Below, piece by piece: positions 13,310 through 26,300 of a stretch of 64,000 nt of DNA. Below the pieces are notes generated by a model, which did no database searches, had not been told where the DNA came from, and saw nothing but the letters and a program-made list of their open reading frames with translations. The DNA lies in the NCBI RefSeq assembly GCF_000150275.1, contig NW_002060948.1, positions 434,001 to 498,000 of the forward strand, given 5' to 3'. A program made the position numbers and the translations under genes. This DNA comes from Trichoplax adhaerens. Taxonomy: Eukaryota; Animalia; Placozoa. Every line of letters starts with the position of its first letter. The first letter of the stretch is position 1.

Positions 13310-15610
13310 TTATTTGCTGCCACCAGCTGACAATTTACTCAAAATATCATCCTTGTCCAATTCATCTTTATCTGTTGCTTGAACATGCAAGTGAATACCA
13401 TTTAATTCTTTCTTGAGGTTTTCTTTACTACTGGCATACACCATCTTTACTTTAATCTTTGCAGTATCCGGTACCCTACAAATTAATAAAGATAAGAAAT
13501 AAACAGAATTGGTGTTCAATTACTGATATGTCATAACATCTTAAAATAAGGGTGAGATTTTATAAAATATGTAATACTAGCAGTCATATTAACGTTACTT
13601 CCTTCCTTCTACTTATTTTGCGGAAGGACTTGTGTAAACATGCATAGGTATATCTAACTGTCAGTTAACATTCGAATAATACTGTAGATACTTTGTGTGA
13701 AAAGAAATTGAAATACCTAATTCACATTGTCAACAGTCCTGGTAACTGTCTTTTACAATAGAGAAATCTAATCGACGACTTACCATGCAATGAGAACCAG
13801 TTTATTTCTTTCACCGCCATCCGCGGTGAAATATTGGAAATCATAGACAGCAAAACGTCCATCATCTTCTGGTAATCGGGCAAGAAGATCTTCATAAGAA
13901 CCTTCTGTAACTGCATCTTCAACCACAATTTGGGTTTTGTTATCATTCAATTTGAAAAGTATAAATTTGTATTTATGGCGCAGCTGGCAATCATCGTACG
14001 TTGATAAGACATTTTCACCTAATGTTACACCTGAAGTCTAGAATAAATACATATAAAATCAATTAGAGCTGACATTATTGGTGATGATCTATTTTACAAA
14101 TAAAATATCGACTGCAAAGTAGACACAAATGAACGTATATCTTACTTCATTAACAAATAAATGCCTGTGAATATCCACTGCAAAAATAATGCATGAACAC
14201 CGCGAATAAAATTAATAGTGATATACTAACGTTTCTAGATTTTCATTTAAAATGCAATGGTTTTCTATGCTGTATAACCGAGAAGGGTAGGACTTTAATA
14301 AATGATTGACAAGCAGTACAGTTGAAGAAAGTACTGAGAGTCCTGAGGTGATAGGCATTTCTGTGAAAACCGTGAACGTGCAACTTGATTTCACCACATA
14401 ATAAATCAAGTTAATCGATAACATACTGTGTATACTGAAAATAAGTATGGGATATTTCTTTTAAGAATTTCTGCCTACGTCGATTGCATCGATTGGCAAT
14501 TACAACATGCCAAAGTACGGGTTAGTAAACAACCTCTACCGTTATATTGCAGCTAGCTTCTGGAATGCTGTCTATTAGTACTTCATCACTCAAGGCGAAT
14601 ATTTGTAGCGTGTTATATACGGTATACTAATAAAGGTACTGTACCGTATGATTTGGTCTCTTACTCTTATTACCTACAGTACTCCCATATGTGTCTTCTT
14701 TATTGGTTTCGGAGTGGATTCAGCGGGAAAATATAGTATTCGATGACGACTGGCCTAGGCTAAAACTACTTTCTCAATTTCTGCGATTGGCTTGTAAGTT
14801 CCAACCAAGTATGTGCAATGATTCAATTATTATCCTTTACTAATTTGAAACACTAGAACGCTTTCGGTTTAATTTTCTGTCCATTTTTAAAGCGTATATG
14901 CGTCGAGTCTATAAGCGCGAAAGACTTCACCGTCATGTGCCGAAATGGCTAGAAATCGAATCTTTGGAATTCAAAAAGAAAACTACTGTACCTGTCGCCA
15001 CTTTAAAGTGTTGATAATTGAATTGTAGACTGAATTTGTTCAGTGTCTGTAGGGTTTGGCATTATTGTTAATCTATTTCGACATCCTACAATTATCCGCT
15101 AGCGATGTGTAAAACTGACCAGCATTACGAAATGTTAGCGTCCAGTATTGGTGTAAGATACAGACTACTGTACTGTGCAGCAAGAGTAGAATTATAAAAG
15201 CGGAGAACGCATGTTGGCCGATCCAATTTGTGTTGGAAAAAAATGAAAAGACTACACCAATCAATATACACTACAATTTACGCAGTGGTCTAATATACTT
15301 TTAAAAATTGCAGACTTATTTCATAGGAATGAAGAAATTGACTATATCCTCATGGTATGCCTTTCAGCAGTCCAAACAGTACCGTACCGTATAGTACATG
15401 CAAACTACTGCAATTGTATGCGTACTGCCAAATCTGATTGGCCATTTATCATGTCCAACCAGCAACGGTGCAAAAGATGATATTTTCAACATCATATACT
15501 GTACAGTAGGATACGTACATCCAATGAAACTCCAAAAAATAAGACTATTTTATAGAACCTAGGATAGAATAGCAGTATTGCCCAAAAAATCGCTAAGATA
15601 GACCTACCAT
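13310..15610 (-). CDS. ADF/cofilin (about 140 aa)
   Basis: ATG-only exon 15608-15610 (AAAATG|GTAGGT), exon 13784-14037 (TSGVTLGENV...KYKFILFKLND...RFAVYDFQYF...RNKLVLIAW), exon 13310-13475 (VPDTAKIKVKMVYASSKENLKKEL...). An alternative first exon ATG ACG|GTGAAG at 14931-14936 is possible. Confidence 0.95.
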
Positions 15611-15749
15611 TTTCAATCTTGGAAGGCTATACGGCTGAGTTCAAAACTGGAGACAAAACCACACCTAGGCAGAGGGCACACTCGTGAAAAAAATTGACGC
15701 TTCCCAAGCCAATCAAGTCCACGGTATTTATACAGTTGGAGCTGCGATC

Positions 15750-16553
15750 GATCAATGATGAAAATGGTCCAATTGACCAAATATGGACAAGATGAAATTC
15801 ATTACAAAAAATCAATAGCCAATCGAAAGGCTCGGGTGTCGGTCAAACGTTTCAACCGCATCATAATGCGGCTGCGTATACAACTTCCCTTGGCGTGGCC
15901 CAGACTGGAGTCCTAGTACGGTACTGTACAGTATGGCACGTACAGTACCAGTGTGGTGCAACTACGGTACAATTCCAGTAGACCTGTCGATGGTTTGCTT
16001 CAGCAGCTTTACTGGCTGATTTTTCAATATCAAACTAGTGTACTGTACAGTATAGTACTGTCCAGTACAGTACGGTATACTGTACAGTACTAGCTTCGTA
16101 ATACCCGTTGTACTGTACAGTAAATTGAATGCTGTCCAATCGTTGCTCAGCAGTCGCCGTACTGTACTGTACAAATTACTCGTATTACTTCGCGTTTACT
16201 GACAGTATTGTATGTCGTCATGTTTTATTTTCATTTTTCTATCGCTTTCTATAACGAATTGACGATGCACCAAAACAACCAAATGCACTGTATTTATCGA
16301 TGAATAATGAAAATTATCCCTTTGACCAAATATGGATAAGATGAGATTCATTCATTAATCTTTAAACCAATATGGAAAGGCTCAAGTGAAGCAGTAAACA
16401 AGGCTCTACACCAGTGTACAATATACTGTACAGTGCTGTACTGTACAGTACAGTATACTGTATGACATACAGTACTGTACTGTACTGTACTGTACTGTAA
16501 TGAATCTCATTTTCTCCATATTTGGGTAAAATGGACCGTCTTCCATCATTGAT
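15750..16553. promoter_or_regulatory. Three copies of a 55-85 bp module, each containing the CArG box CCAAATATGG, upstream of cofilin
   Basis: CCAAATATGG at 15777-15786 and 16326-16335, and its reverse complement CCATATTTGG at 16516-16525. Flanks are also similar (ATCAATGATG..AAATGGTCC.....CCAAATATGGA.AA.ATGA.ATTCA). CCAAT boxes nearby. Confidence 0.7.
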
Positions 16554-19500
16554 CCAGCAGAAGCTCGAACAATTGGTGCAAAAACACCTGATTATCTTAG
16601 TAATAATCGAAGTTAATACTGCTGTTACTGTTAGTCTTTCGTGATATAATAGAAGTGGGGCTTACAATAGTTGTTGGCATTCTAAGATACAGAAACAGTA
16701 TGGGAAACTCCACAGTAATTCTTTAAATTTGCTGTTGTTGACATTTTAAGATAAAGTATATGAAACTACAGCATGTACAGTGCATTACAACAACAAAATG
16801 ACAAGAGAAACAGTACAATAAAGTAGATCGCTGACGACTCCGAAATTGTCGTGGAGTACAGTATACTTACTGTACTGTACTGAATATTATTTAAAATGGA
16901 GACTAGTTGCCGTGTTATTTCAACTGTAATAACGTATATATCAGCTATAGATATAATATAAACATGGATACTGCAGTGTCCTTTTATCTCCCAATACAGT
17001 CAATAGCTTACGTAATCCTCAACTCAATCGTCAGCTGATCGTCTGATATAACAGAGAGGTATTGCTAATTTATTTATGTAATAGTTTCTATACTAGGGGT
17101 TATGACGCATCAAGGGTGCGTTAGGTAATTGTTCGATCAAGCTTTGATGTCAACAATTACATATTGCTCACATATTGGAAAATAGATCAAAAATTACGAT
17201 AATTAGTATACAGTTGTAGCTCACGTTATATACCTATATCGATTACAAAGCATATAGCACTAACTTAATCAGGCTATAGTAGGGAAGGCGTGGATTAAAA
17301 TATCCAAGACTCGCAAGATTACACAATTGATTTCAATAATAGATTAAAAATTATTATAGCTGGCAACATACTTGTACCTATGGCTCGTAAGATTGATTAC
17401 ATAACTGACTGATTCGATAAAAGATCCAAAAATATATATAGTACAGATTACATCATACGTACTTATACCTAAAGTATAGCAGTATTACTAATAATATTAA
17501 AACTACGATCATATCGAGGATAATCTGTATCATCTTGTATGAAAATATGAATCATGCTTCATATTTACAATTTTCAAATTTATGGTGCGCTATTGCTGTC
17601 AGAAAATACAAAGATCTGCACCCTTCATTTAGTAATGACACAGTGACGCTCGATGATACGCTTTGAAACAAGCATATATATTTGGCTGGTGTATAACTAG
17701 TAACAAACATCTGATTCAATTTTAAATTACAACTCTCAATGTAGTAATTTTACTTTTAAATTTATTATCTGAATATTGAGAAGTTAATAGACAAAGTAAA
17801 CTATTGTTTACGCTATAGTATTTAAGTAAAATTTTACCCAACGGGAAATAAAATTGCTTTCCTAAACATGACTAACAAGATACATACATATTTACAGCGA
17901 TTTATAAGACTGAAAGAATTTTTGGCATCTTTTCTGCTAGACTAGTAATTACTATTTCAGACTGCTTTACATTTTAGCTTAATGTCGATTAATGAAGTCA
18001 TAAACTAGCCTTATGTAATAAAATTCACAGTAATCTAAACCTTGTTAGATAATGATAAGCTATTTTATTACGTTTGTGGGGAGATCAGTATCGAGACCAG
18101 AGATTGAGGAACTAGACTATAATAAGTAAAACTTAACCTATATGCAACGATCTTATGCATTAGTGATTCGCACTATACATTGTATATTACACATTAGTGA
18201 TTACCTTATTAGATAAGATTGCTGACGTTAACACAATTAAGATATGGTCTCTGTACTAATATAAATCCTTCTGTACTGACATTAGTAATTATTCTTATCA
18301 ATTAATTTACATTCGTCCCCTAGAATTTCGAAGAAATAAAATTACGGATAAATTCTAAACAACAAGTCACAATCATTTTATTTATTATAACAATCTTGAC
18401 AATGCATCAGCATTATTGTTGGTATGACCTGTAACTAGTATTAATTGATATTAAAATAGGCAACAGTACAGATTTTTATATATCTAAACATTATTACCAC
18501 GACAAGTTCCTGAAAAAAAAATTCTACGTTTTTTCCTTATTTATACAAAGCAAAATCTTGAACTATGATACCTTATAAATGTATATCTGTAAGCATACCG
18601 TAACAACCAGTTTTTCTAACAATGCCATTCGGTATCATTATCAAGTTATATCATTTAGAATTAATTCATAATCAAATCCCTTGTCAAGACGTTGTGAAAT
18701 TGTCATACTTGTTTTTCTTACTGAAGATATACCCATATGAGTCATTAATACCATACTATCTATTAAATTATATAATACCGTATAATTAATTATTAATTGT
18801 AAACACCTCTACGCGTAAAAAAAACCAACAGGTTACAGACAGTATGATATACTGTACAGCACAGTAGAGATTCTAAAAGGACCTTTTATTAGGATCCCAA
18901 CTATGGTACAGTAAACCAGAGATGAGCCGTTCGCGAATTTTTAACAAACTAATGCACCTACTGTTATATCTCGCCTAAATAAATCAAACAAAAGCCAAAT
19001 GATATTGATAATAATAATGACTATCATAAATTGTCATAAAGCCCTAATCATGTTTCACCTTGATTTTGAGCTAATTTAAGCTGACTTTATCTATACTAAT
19101 CAGGAGCTTTCGAAAGACTGCGTGGGATAAATCAACTATATACGCGTATATATAACTATTATAATATAAATTATCAAACAGTATAAGGATTTACTGTAAT
19201 TTGAACATACAGTGATTTATACGCGTATCACAGTTTTGTAAAGTACAGTATAGCCAAGAGCTTCCGAAAGCACTGCACTGTATTGTAAAGCTAAGCAGTA
19301 CTTTCCAAAGCAATTTAAGTCTAGCTGGCTTAGTATTATTAATTTGACCGGATCATTGACACCGAAGTGAGTGGTAGGTAATGCGGCAAAATTTTTTAGC
19401 TATATATTGACAGCGAGGCAGCATTCAACTAGTAGACATGCTGCGGTTGCATTACTAACTACTTTAGTACTTTACTGAAGCAGCTTTAGAACTACAGTAC

Positions 19501-20404
19501 TTGGAATTTTGGATCGCTCTAATTTCACCTAATTGGTGATCCAGGTACTCAATTAATCTACAAATGTAAGAACAATTCATTAAAGACTTGACTCGGACAT
19601 AAAGCTCTGGGTTGCAGCATGATATAGCTCATTACTTGATCCCTATTCCTTAGCTAATACAGTATGTAATTTCTGTGTAATCTCGTGGTACTACATAATG
19701 AGCATCTTGCTTTAAAGTCGAAACTGGAATGGCACGTCAGTCATCTGCAACTTAGCTAAAGAATACGCTGAATATCTGCTTTTAGAAAGGCGTGTAATAT
19801 AGATAGTCAATGCACAATTATAACAAACTACAAAATACTATAACTTACAATTGTGTGTAAATTAATAATATCTGTGATAATACGAACACATCTAGCTTGT
19901 ACTAGCTTATCTTAGCTGTATCTTTGTAATGGAAAAGGCTAACAAAGTAATCTTGATATTCCTAGGCATTACTTCATGCAAGTGTACTGTATTTTATGAA
20001 ACGATTTCCGGAAGCAAATTAAGATTTTAGGGTGTCGATATACCTATACCAAAGTGCTAACTAGGCAATGTAGAGCATCCATACTTGCATAGCATGTAAA
20101 GTCTACTTAGCTTTAATAAAGCGCCGTAATTTTATGTTGGTAGTTCTAACCAATTCACTAATACTTTACTAATTATACATCACATAAATAATTTATGGGT
20201 ATTTATTACACCAAATGAGCTTATAAATCTTTATAGATTGTATCATGAAGCTTTAAGTTGATAATTTATAGAATATAGTCTACGTATAATATATTAAAAA
20301 TGTTCTTGATAGTTAGCTAACAAGCGAAGCATATAAGTCCGTCCATTCACCTTGTAACCCTAACGACAAAACTCACAAAAGTATTACATGTATAGTACAA
20401 AGTT

Positions 20405-21508
20405 TTAACTCTTCTTATTATCTTCGGCTATTTTAAAGCCTTCTTTCTCTAGCTTTTCTTTGTAATCGTCAAATATGCGCTTCCGATCAAAATAGGATAC
20501 CTACAAACATCAAGGAAGAATCATTAGAAAAAGGTGCTGCTTTACAATACGCTGATCGCATGGTATTGTGCTATATCAAAACTTCTAGAATTAACTTCAT
20601 TTCCACAAATGACATCGTTGTACAAGTCTCCAAAGACGTAGTAGTCGACTCTGTACACTGTACAGTATAGTCTCACATCTTGTATAATTAATCAATGTAA
20701 TACATATACGTAGATTGTTTGAGAGCTGGGGTAATAGTGAATTGTGCAGCACGGGATAAGGTTACATTTATACGAGCAATGTCGTCGCATGCTTTACAAT
20801 CCCTATGCATTTATGTCCAACTATATCTTTTTTACAGCAGTTATACTGTCATAGTACAGTATACGAGTAATATGTCATGCTATGTAGTATGGACACTTTT
20901 ACATTACTAATACTGTAACTTACAATTACATGTTTTAAACTAACAGCATTTACTTTAAGCTATCTGTAGTAAATTATCTTACAGTAGTCGGCGATAATAC
21001 TGTAATACTGTACACATCCACTCAATGAAATTAATACAGGATATTTAAGAGCTAAAATGACGTTACTGCAAAAAAACAGTTTACGAACTACAATGGCGTC
21101 TAGCGTGTCTCTAGTGTTCTATTTTAGGAGGAAATTAGCTTAACAATATTACAATACGTATAGCATAGGTGTAGTGTAACTACGTTGATATTGTAAGAAA
21201 CCTAACTCACTTATTAATTGGCTACAGCTAGTTATACCGATACTAACGGTCACTGCAAAGCCTGTCCTATTTTTTGAATGCTGCAGATTTATGGTAAATT
21301 ATGGTGATCTACAAAGACAGTAAAGTATTCTTAAGGTACGTGTAGTTTATGCAAACTAACTAACCCACGATGGTAAGCACTTTTCATGGTATTCTTTCTT
21401 GAGTGCATCACATAGCGATTGATTAGCTGGATTTTTGATTCTGCATTCGTAATATTCGTCCCTTGCACGATAACATGCTTTCCTACCGGTAGCACTGATG
21501 TCAGGCAT
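20405..21508 (-). CDS. COA6: Cytochrome c oxidase assembly factor 6 (COX6B-like twin Cx9C-Cx10C protein)
   Basis: Exon 21365-21508 MPDISATGRKACYRARDEYYECRIKNPANQSLCDALKKEYHEKCLPSW plus exon 20405-20500 VSYFDRKRIFDDYKEKLEKEGFKIAEDNKKS*. The C-x9-C and C-x10-C spacing and WxxYFD motif are typical of COA6. Confidence 0.92.
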
Positions 21509-22029
21509 CTCTGCGGCACTTCTAGCCGTTGAGCCTACCACTCTACTTCTTTATAAGAGACTATGGCTACAGTAGTCTAGACCTGACATTGGCTACTGTA
21601 CTGTACAGTACAGTGTGCAGCGTACAATGTACAGTGTAAAGTACTGTTCATAATGGTGCAACAGGTGCACTGGTGCAGCCCGCAGCAGCAGCCGTACAGA
21701 ACCTAGGACGCGTTTGCCGGATCCAACCGATCAATCCAGTTCTCCCGGAGTCATTTCTAAAATCTCATAGAGATTGGTATTATTCAGCTCCGTGCGTCTA
21801 CGCATGTACTGTACAGTACAGCATCACGGCCATACCGAATTGCGGGAACACAGCTAGGCCTGTTCTCTCTTTAGTGGTCCTATTTTAAACAGCATGTTAC
21901 ATACTGTAGTAACTGTACGTACACTCGTACAGTAGATCAAATCATCAAATCCATATTCAATCAAACTGGGTAGAATCAGGGCTTTCATGTAGTTAGTCGA
22001 AAAGAAGAAGAGTCCCTGAAAGAAATCTG

Positions 22030-22445
22030 CAGTACAGTAGAAGACAGTGTACAGTACAGTACAACATGCACAGTGCGCACTGTACACTGTACACTGTACT
22101 GTACTGTACACTGTACGCATACTGTACTGTACAGTACACTGCAATGTGAACCAGTTCGAATCAGAGTACTTTAAGGTATCCTAAAATTTATCTGTATGTA
22201 TAGAATTTAGAATTTAAGGCAAATTTTGCAACTTTACTACAATTTATTTTGCCTTATAGCACTCTAAAGAGAACTGGCTCACACCAGTACAGTGTACAAT
22301 ACAACATCCACAGTGCGCACTGTACACTGTACACTGTACGGTACATACAGTACAGTGTACAGTACAACATCCACGATGCGCATTGTATTGTACACTGTAC
22401 ACTGTACAGTATACGCATACAGTACTGTACAGTATAGTACACAAC
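22030..22445. repeat. CTGTA/TACAG-rich array with internal 33-bp inverted repeat (foldback/MITE-like)
   Basis: Repeated ACAACAT.CACAGTGCGCACTGTACACTGTACACTGTAC units; inverted repeat 22145-22177 versus 22251-22283 (25/33 matches by eye). Confidence 0.75.
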
Positions 22446-23397
22446 TAGCAGCATTGCACTGCGCATAATTAAAGTCGACGTTGACAGCGTAGGTGGTCAA
22501 CGAAACGTTGGAAATTTCACCAGCTTTGTAAGTAAAACTATCCAATTTGCTGCATAAACATAAACATTATTTAGCCATACATGTAATTCAATTTGTGATC
22601 TGCAATCCATTACACCAATACACCGATCATTATCTTGAATATGATAGAATTATTAGTTACAACCGTATCTCTGAAACATAAAATTTCAAATTTCTTAAAA
22701 TAGACGCGCGTACTTCTACATGATTCAATTCAATTCGGTCCAACATTAGTAGACGAACGGAATTATATTGATTGACAATTATGTTTGATTTGATTATTCA
22801 TTTTATTTTTATCTACCGTTAGAACTCGATATATATCACTAAATGACTTTATTGGATTAACTATTGTGCATATTTGAGTTCTATTTTATATTAGAGCATA
22901 CACTAAATAATTTAGGTCAAATTTTTTACAAGATAAACATGGTCTGATTGTTTTATATCTGCATCATTCTTCTATGAAATTCATTCCCAAACGATCGAAT
23001 AGTATTATCATAAATAAATTCATCAGTCAATCAATTAAAGGATTGTATCAATCTGGCTATTTTATCCTAGCTCGTATCACTTATCGTCACAAGTTGATAT
23101 TGATGATTTTCGAATTCAACAACCATCAAGGTTCAGTTTAGATCAATCATCATAACTGCAAAATATTTGTAGATATATCAGTATTAGTTGTAATGATTTA
23201 CCATCAAATCATGTTATCATATTCAAGCTTAACACGGATTATCGTACAATCAAAGAGTATTACCGCTACTAATTGAATAAATTATAAATAGGAATAAATA
23301 CAATCTATCGGAACGATTAACACACACTTATCGTTGTCTATCTAGATTAACGATTTAAAAGGCCTGTTTGAACTCCTAGTCCAAAACAACAGTTATC

Positions 23398-26300
23398 ATG
23401 AGAGCACCAAATTATGTTGTGGTAAATTACGTATTTCGTGATACCGAACATTCCATATCACTTGAAATCGATGACAATTTATTAGTCATTGAAATTGAAG
23501 AAAAAGCCACACTAGATCAATGGCATGGAGAATTCGATGTCGAATGTAAGTTTTAAACATAACATTTTTACAATATTAACTACTGTAGCTACGTTAACAC
23601 ATGGAAGAATATCATAATTATCCAGATCATGCTGTATACGCAATAAGGCAATAAATTTTATTCTATTCTATAGAGTAAAGATAACTTACCAGTTTGCATT
23701 TCTTACTTAAATCTGAACTTTATTCATACCCCTAATCGTTTAATATGTCACTCATAGATGTTGAAGAGCTTACCCGTAAAACTGGAAATTTTAAACAGTT
23801 TCCTATTTTTGTAAATATGTTAAAAAGTGCCCTACTAAAGGTAAATACTTTATATTTAATGGAGTGGAAACAATATAATAAATCCTACATTTCTTAAGGA
23901 GTAATCAAAGCAATGCCAGAGATGATTAATAGACTAGATAAACACAAAATTTTTCGACGTTGTTTTATGCCATTTAATTGACAGAAGCAATCTACCATTT
24001 TATTTAAAAAATAGTAAAAATAAGTCGTAGCATAGACAACACCGTTATGATGATTAGCTGTTAAATTTTATAAATGTACTACAAAATTATAGTAATTGCT
24101 CAACAATGTTAGATTACAAAGTTATAGAATTTAATCTAATCGTAACATAAATTAAATACGGTACTTTTCTGGATTGATTCGTTAAATTTAGTTTATTTTC
24201 AGATATACTAGTAGCTATTAAGTTATCATTGCATATACTCATTCAGCATCCACGGTGTTCTTATATTATCTCATTAGAAATAATCTGATAATATATAATA
24301 TATTGCGATATTGTCTTATTGAAATGCCATTCTTACGTTTACTTATTTTTACAGTCGTCTGATTCCGTTTCTTTGGATTTACTAACTTATACCGATTTGG
24401 AACTGCTACGCAATCGTAAACTTGGTATAAACACCGCAAATACATCTCACCCTCCTTCAACCAGTTTAGCTAATAAAAGATATATTATCTTAACATATAC
24501 AGTCGAATTTGATAGGTACAGAACTATAAACGATCAATTTTTAGCTTTAGATGTATATTTTAGAATATAAAATAAAGAAAATTGCGATTTCGTTACTTAT
24601 AACTTCTATGAATAAATCTTCAAGAGTAAATAGACAAAAATGATACAATTACAATACTTTCATACTACTATCTTAAAATTATTAATAAACAACAGCTTTA
24701 TACATCTAATAAGTAAATTAAAATATGATGCCAAGGTAACACCCTGTGTTTGCTCTTAAATTAGAATTCATTATCCATTGCCCCTACGTTATCAAGGTAA
24801 ACCCGATCCTGCATTACTGCAAGAAACAATTAGAAATTTAAGAGAAGAAAATAGACAATTACAAGCTAAGGTATAATATTTTAGTCATTTAAAATATACC
24901 AATAAGTGCACACATTTTAACGATATCTGAAGCAAATTTGTTTTCGTCATCGTTACAAAGACAAATCGCTCTAGCTCTTATAGAAATAGCGACGTAATCA
25001 AGATGCAAAAACAGTAAGTTCTCACCGTTATCAAATACGAATATACTCGTATAATATACATAAGCTACATCTTATCATATTAATTCTCGATTAATCCTTA
25101 CATAGAAATTAATATTAACATTATCAGGATAGATAAATTAAAACAAGAGAAAGAGGAAATCGAAGAAGCTTTCATTGAATACAGGCGAGAAATAGAGAGT
25201 ACTTCGAAGGCTGATATTACGAAAGAAATCAAGGTACTTAAAAAAATAATTAAAAATCTTGAACAAGAATTACTGAAGGAAAAATCAAGGCATCACCATG
25301 TTTCTAATAAAAGGAGCAAAGAGTATCGTAGCTTAATGGAAGAGGTAATCAAGAATGAATTAGAAGACATTACTTCGCTAATTTTAAATTGTCATTTATG
25401 TTAACATGTATCTAATTTTATTTCAGATAGAAGCACTGCGATCAAGTGAGCGAAATCTGCGAGTTCGATGTAAAAGTCTGAGTAATGAATTGGCATTGCT
25501 AAAAAATGAGTATGTAAAAATTATTTTTGCTAATATTTTGATTAGCAATTTTTAAAAGTGAACGTTTTATTCTATACTTTAAGCAGACGACGATCGATAC
25601 CGTCTAAATCTCGCTCACGTACCCACTCTCGCGACAATTCCGTACCTAGAAATACATCTAGATCAAGAGCTTCTGTATCCGTAGAAAGGCATACCCCTAA
25701 GATATCGAATGTATCTCGAAGAAAAAATTGGTCTCCCTCTCCATCAGGTAAACCACAATCTATCACTAAGTTGCTAACGTCATTTTGTGAGATGGTAACA
25801 CAAATTTGAGCTATTTGTTAACATCTTTAACTCTATTGTTATCTATCCATAGGAGCTAGATACCCAAGATTTGATCCGACTGCGTATCCCTTTTAGCCGT
25901 TACGATAGTTATCAACATGATATTTATGCTAGCTTATGGTCCTGTGTAGCTATTTCCAAGTGTGCACGCGGATAAAATGCTAATTTATGACTTTAATTAA
26001 GCATAAAGTATGGTACCAGTTTGGAAAATTATACCTTAACCACTAAATTAGATATGTAAAAGATAAAGTACAGAAACAGCGCGACAGGGTGGATAGAAAG
26101 TACGCACAACTCTACTTTAACAATATCCGATTTTAGGTTAATAACAGCAAAATATGTTTCTTTACTTGATCAGTAGTCGAAGAGTAAGCCAAAAACAAGG
26201 AGAATATCGGCCGCCGAGATCTAGGTCAAATTCATATGAGCGACCACATCGTTCATCATCATGTAAGTTTTAGCTTTCTAGTTATACTCTATTCGTAATT

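Noticed and set aside
8991-21508. TIM50 and COA6 as a mitochondrial gene cluster
   Set aside because: Two housekeeping genes separated by cofilin; proximity is plausibly chance.
21551-21589. In-frame upstream ATG/uORF before COA6
   Set aside because: The ATG overlaps a CCAAT box, so it probably lies upstream of the TSS, and it stops after 12 codons.
22244-22545. Overlapping Cys/Thr/Val/Tyr-rich ORFs in the ORF track (also 11182-11431, 15962-16174, 21854-22144)
   Set aside because: Translations of CTGTA/TACAG low-complexity repeats, open in several frames with no family motifs.
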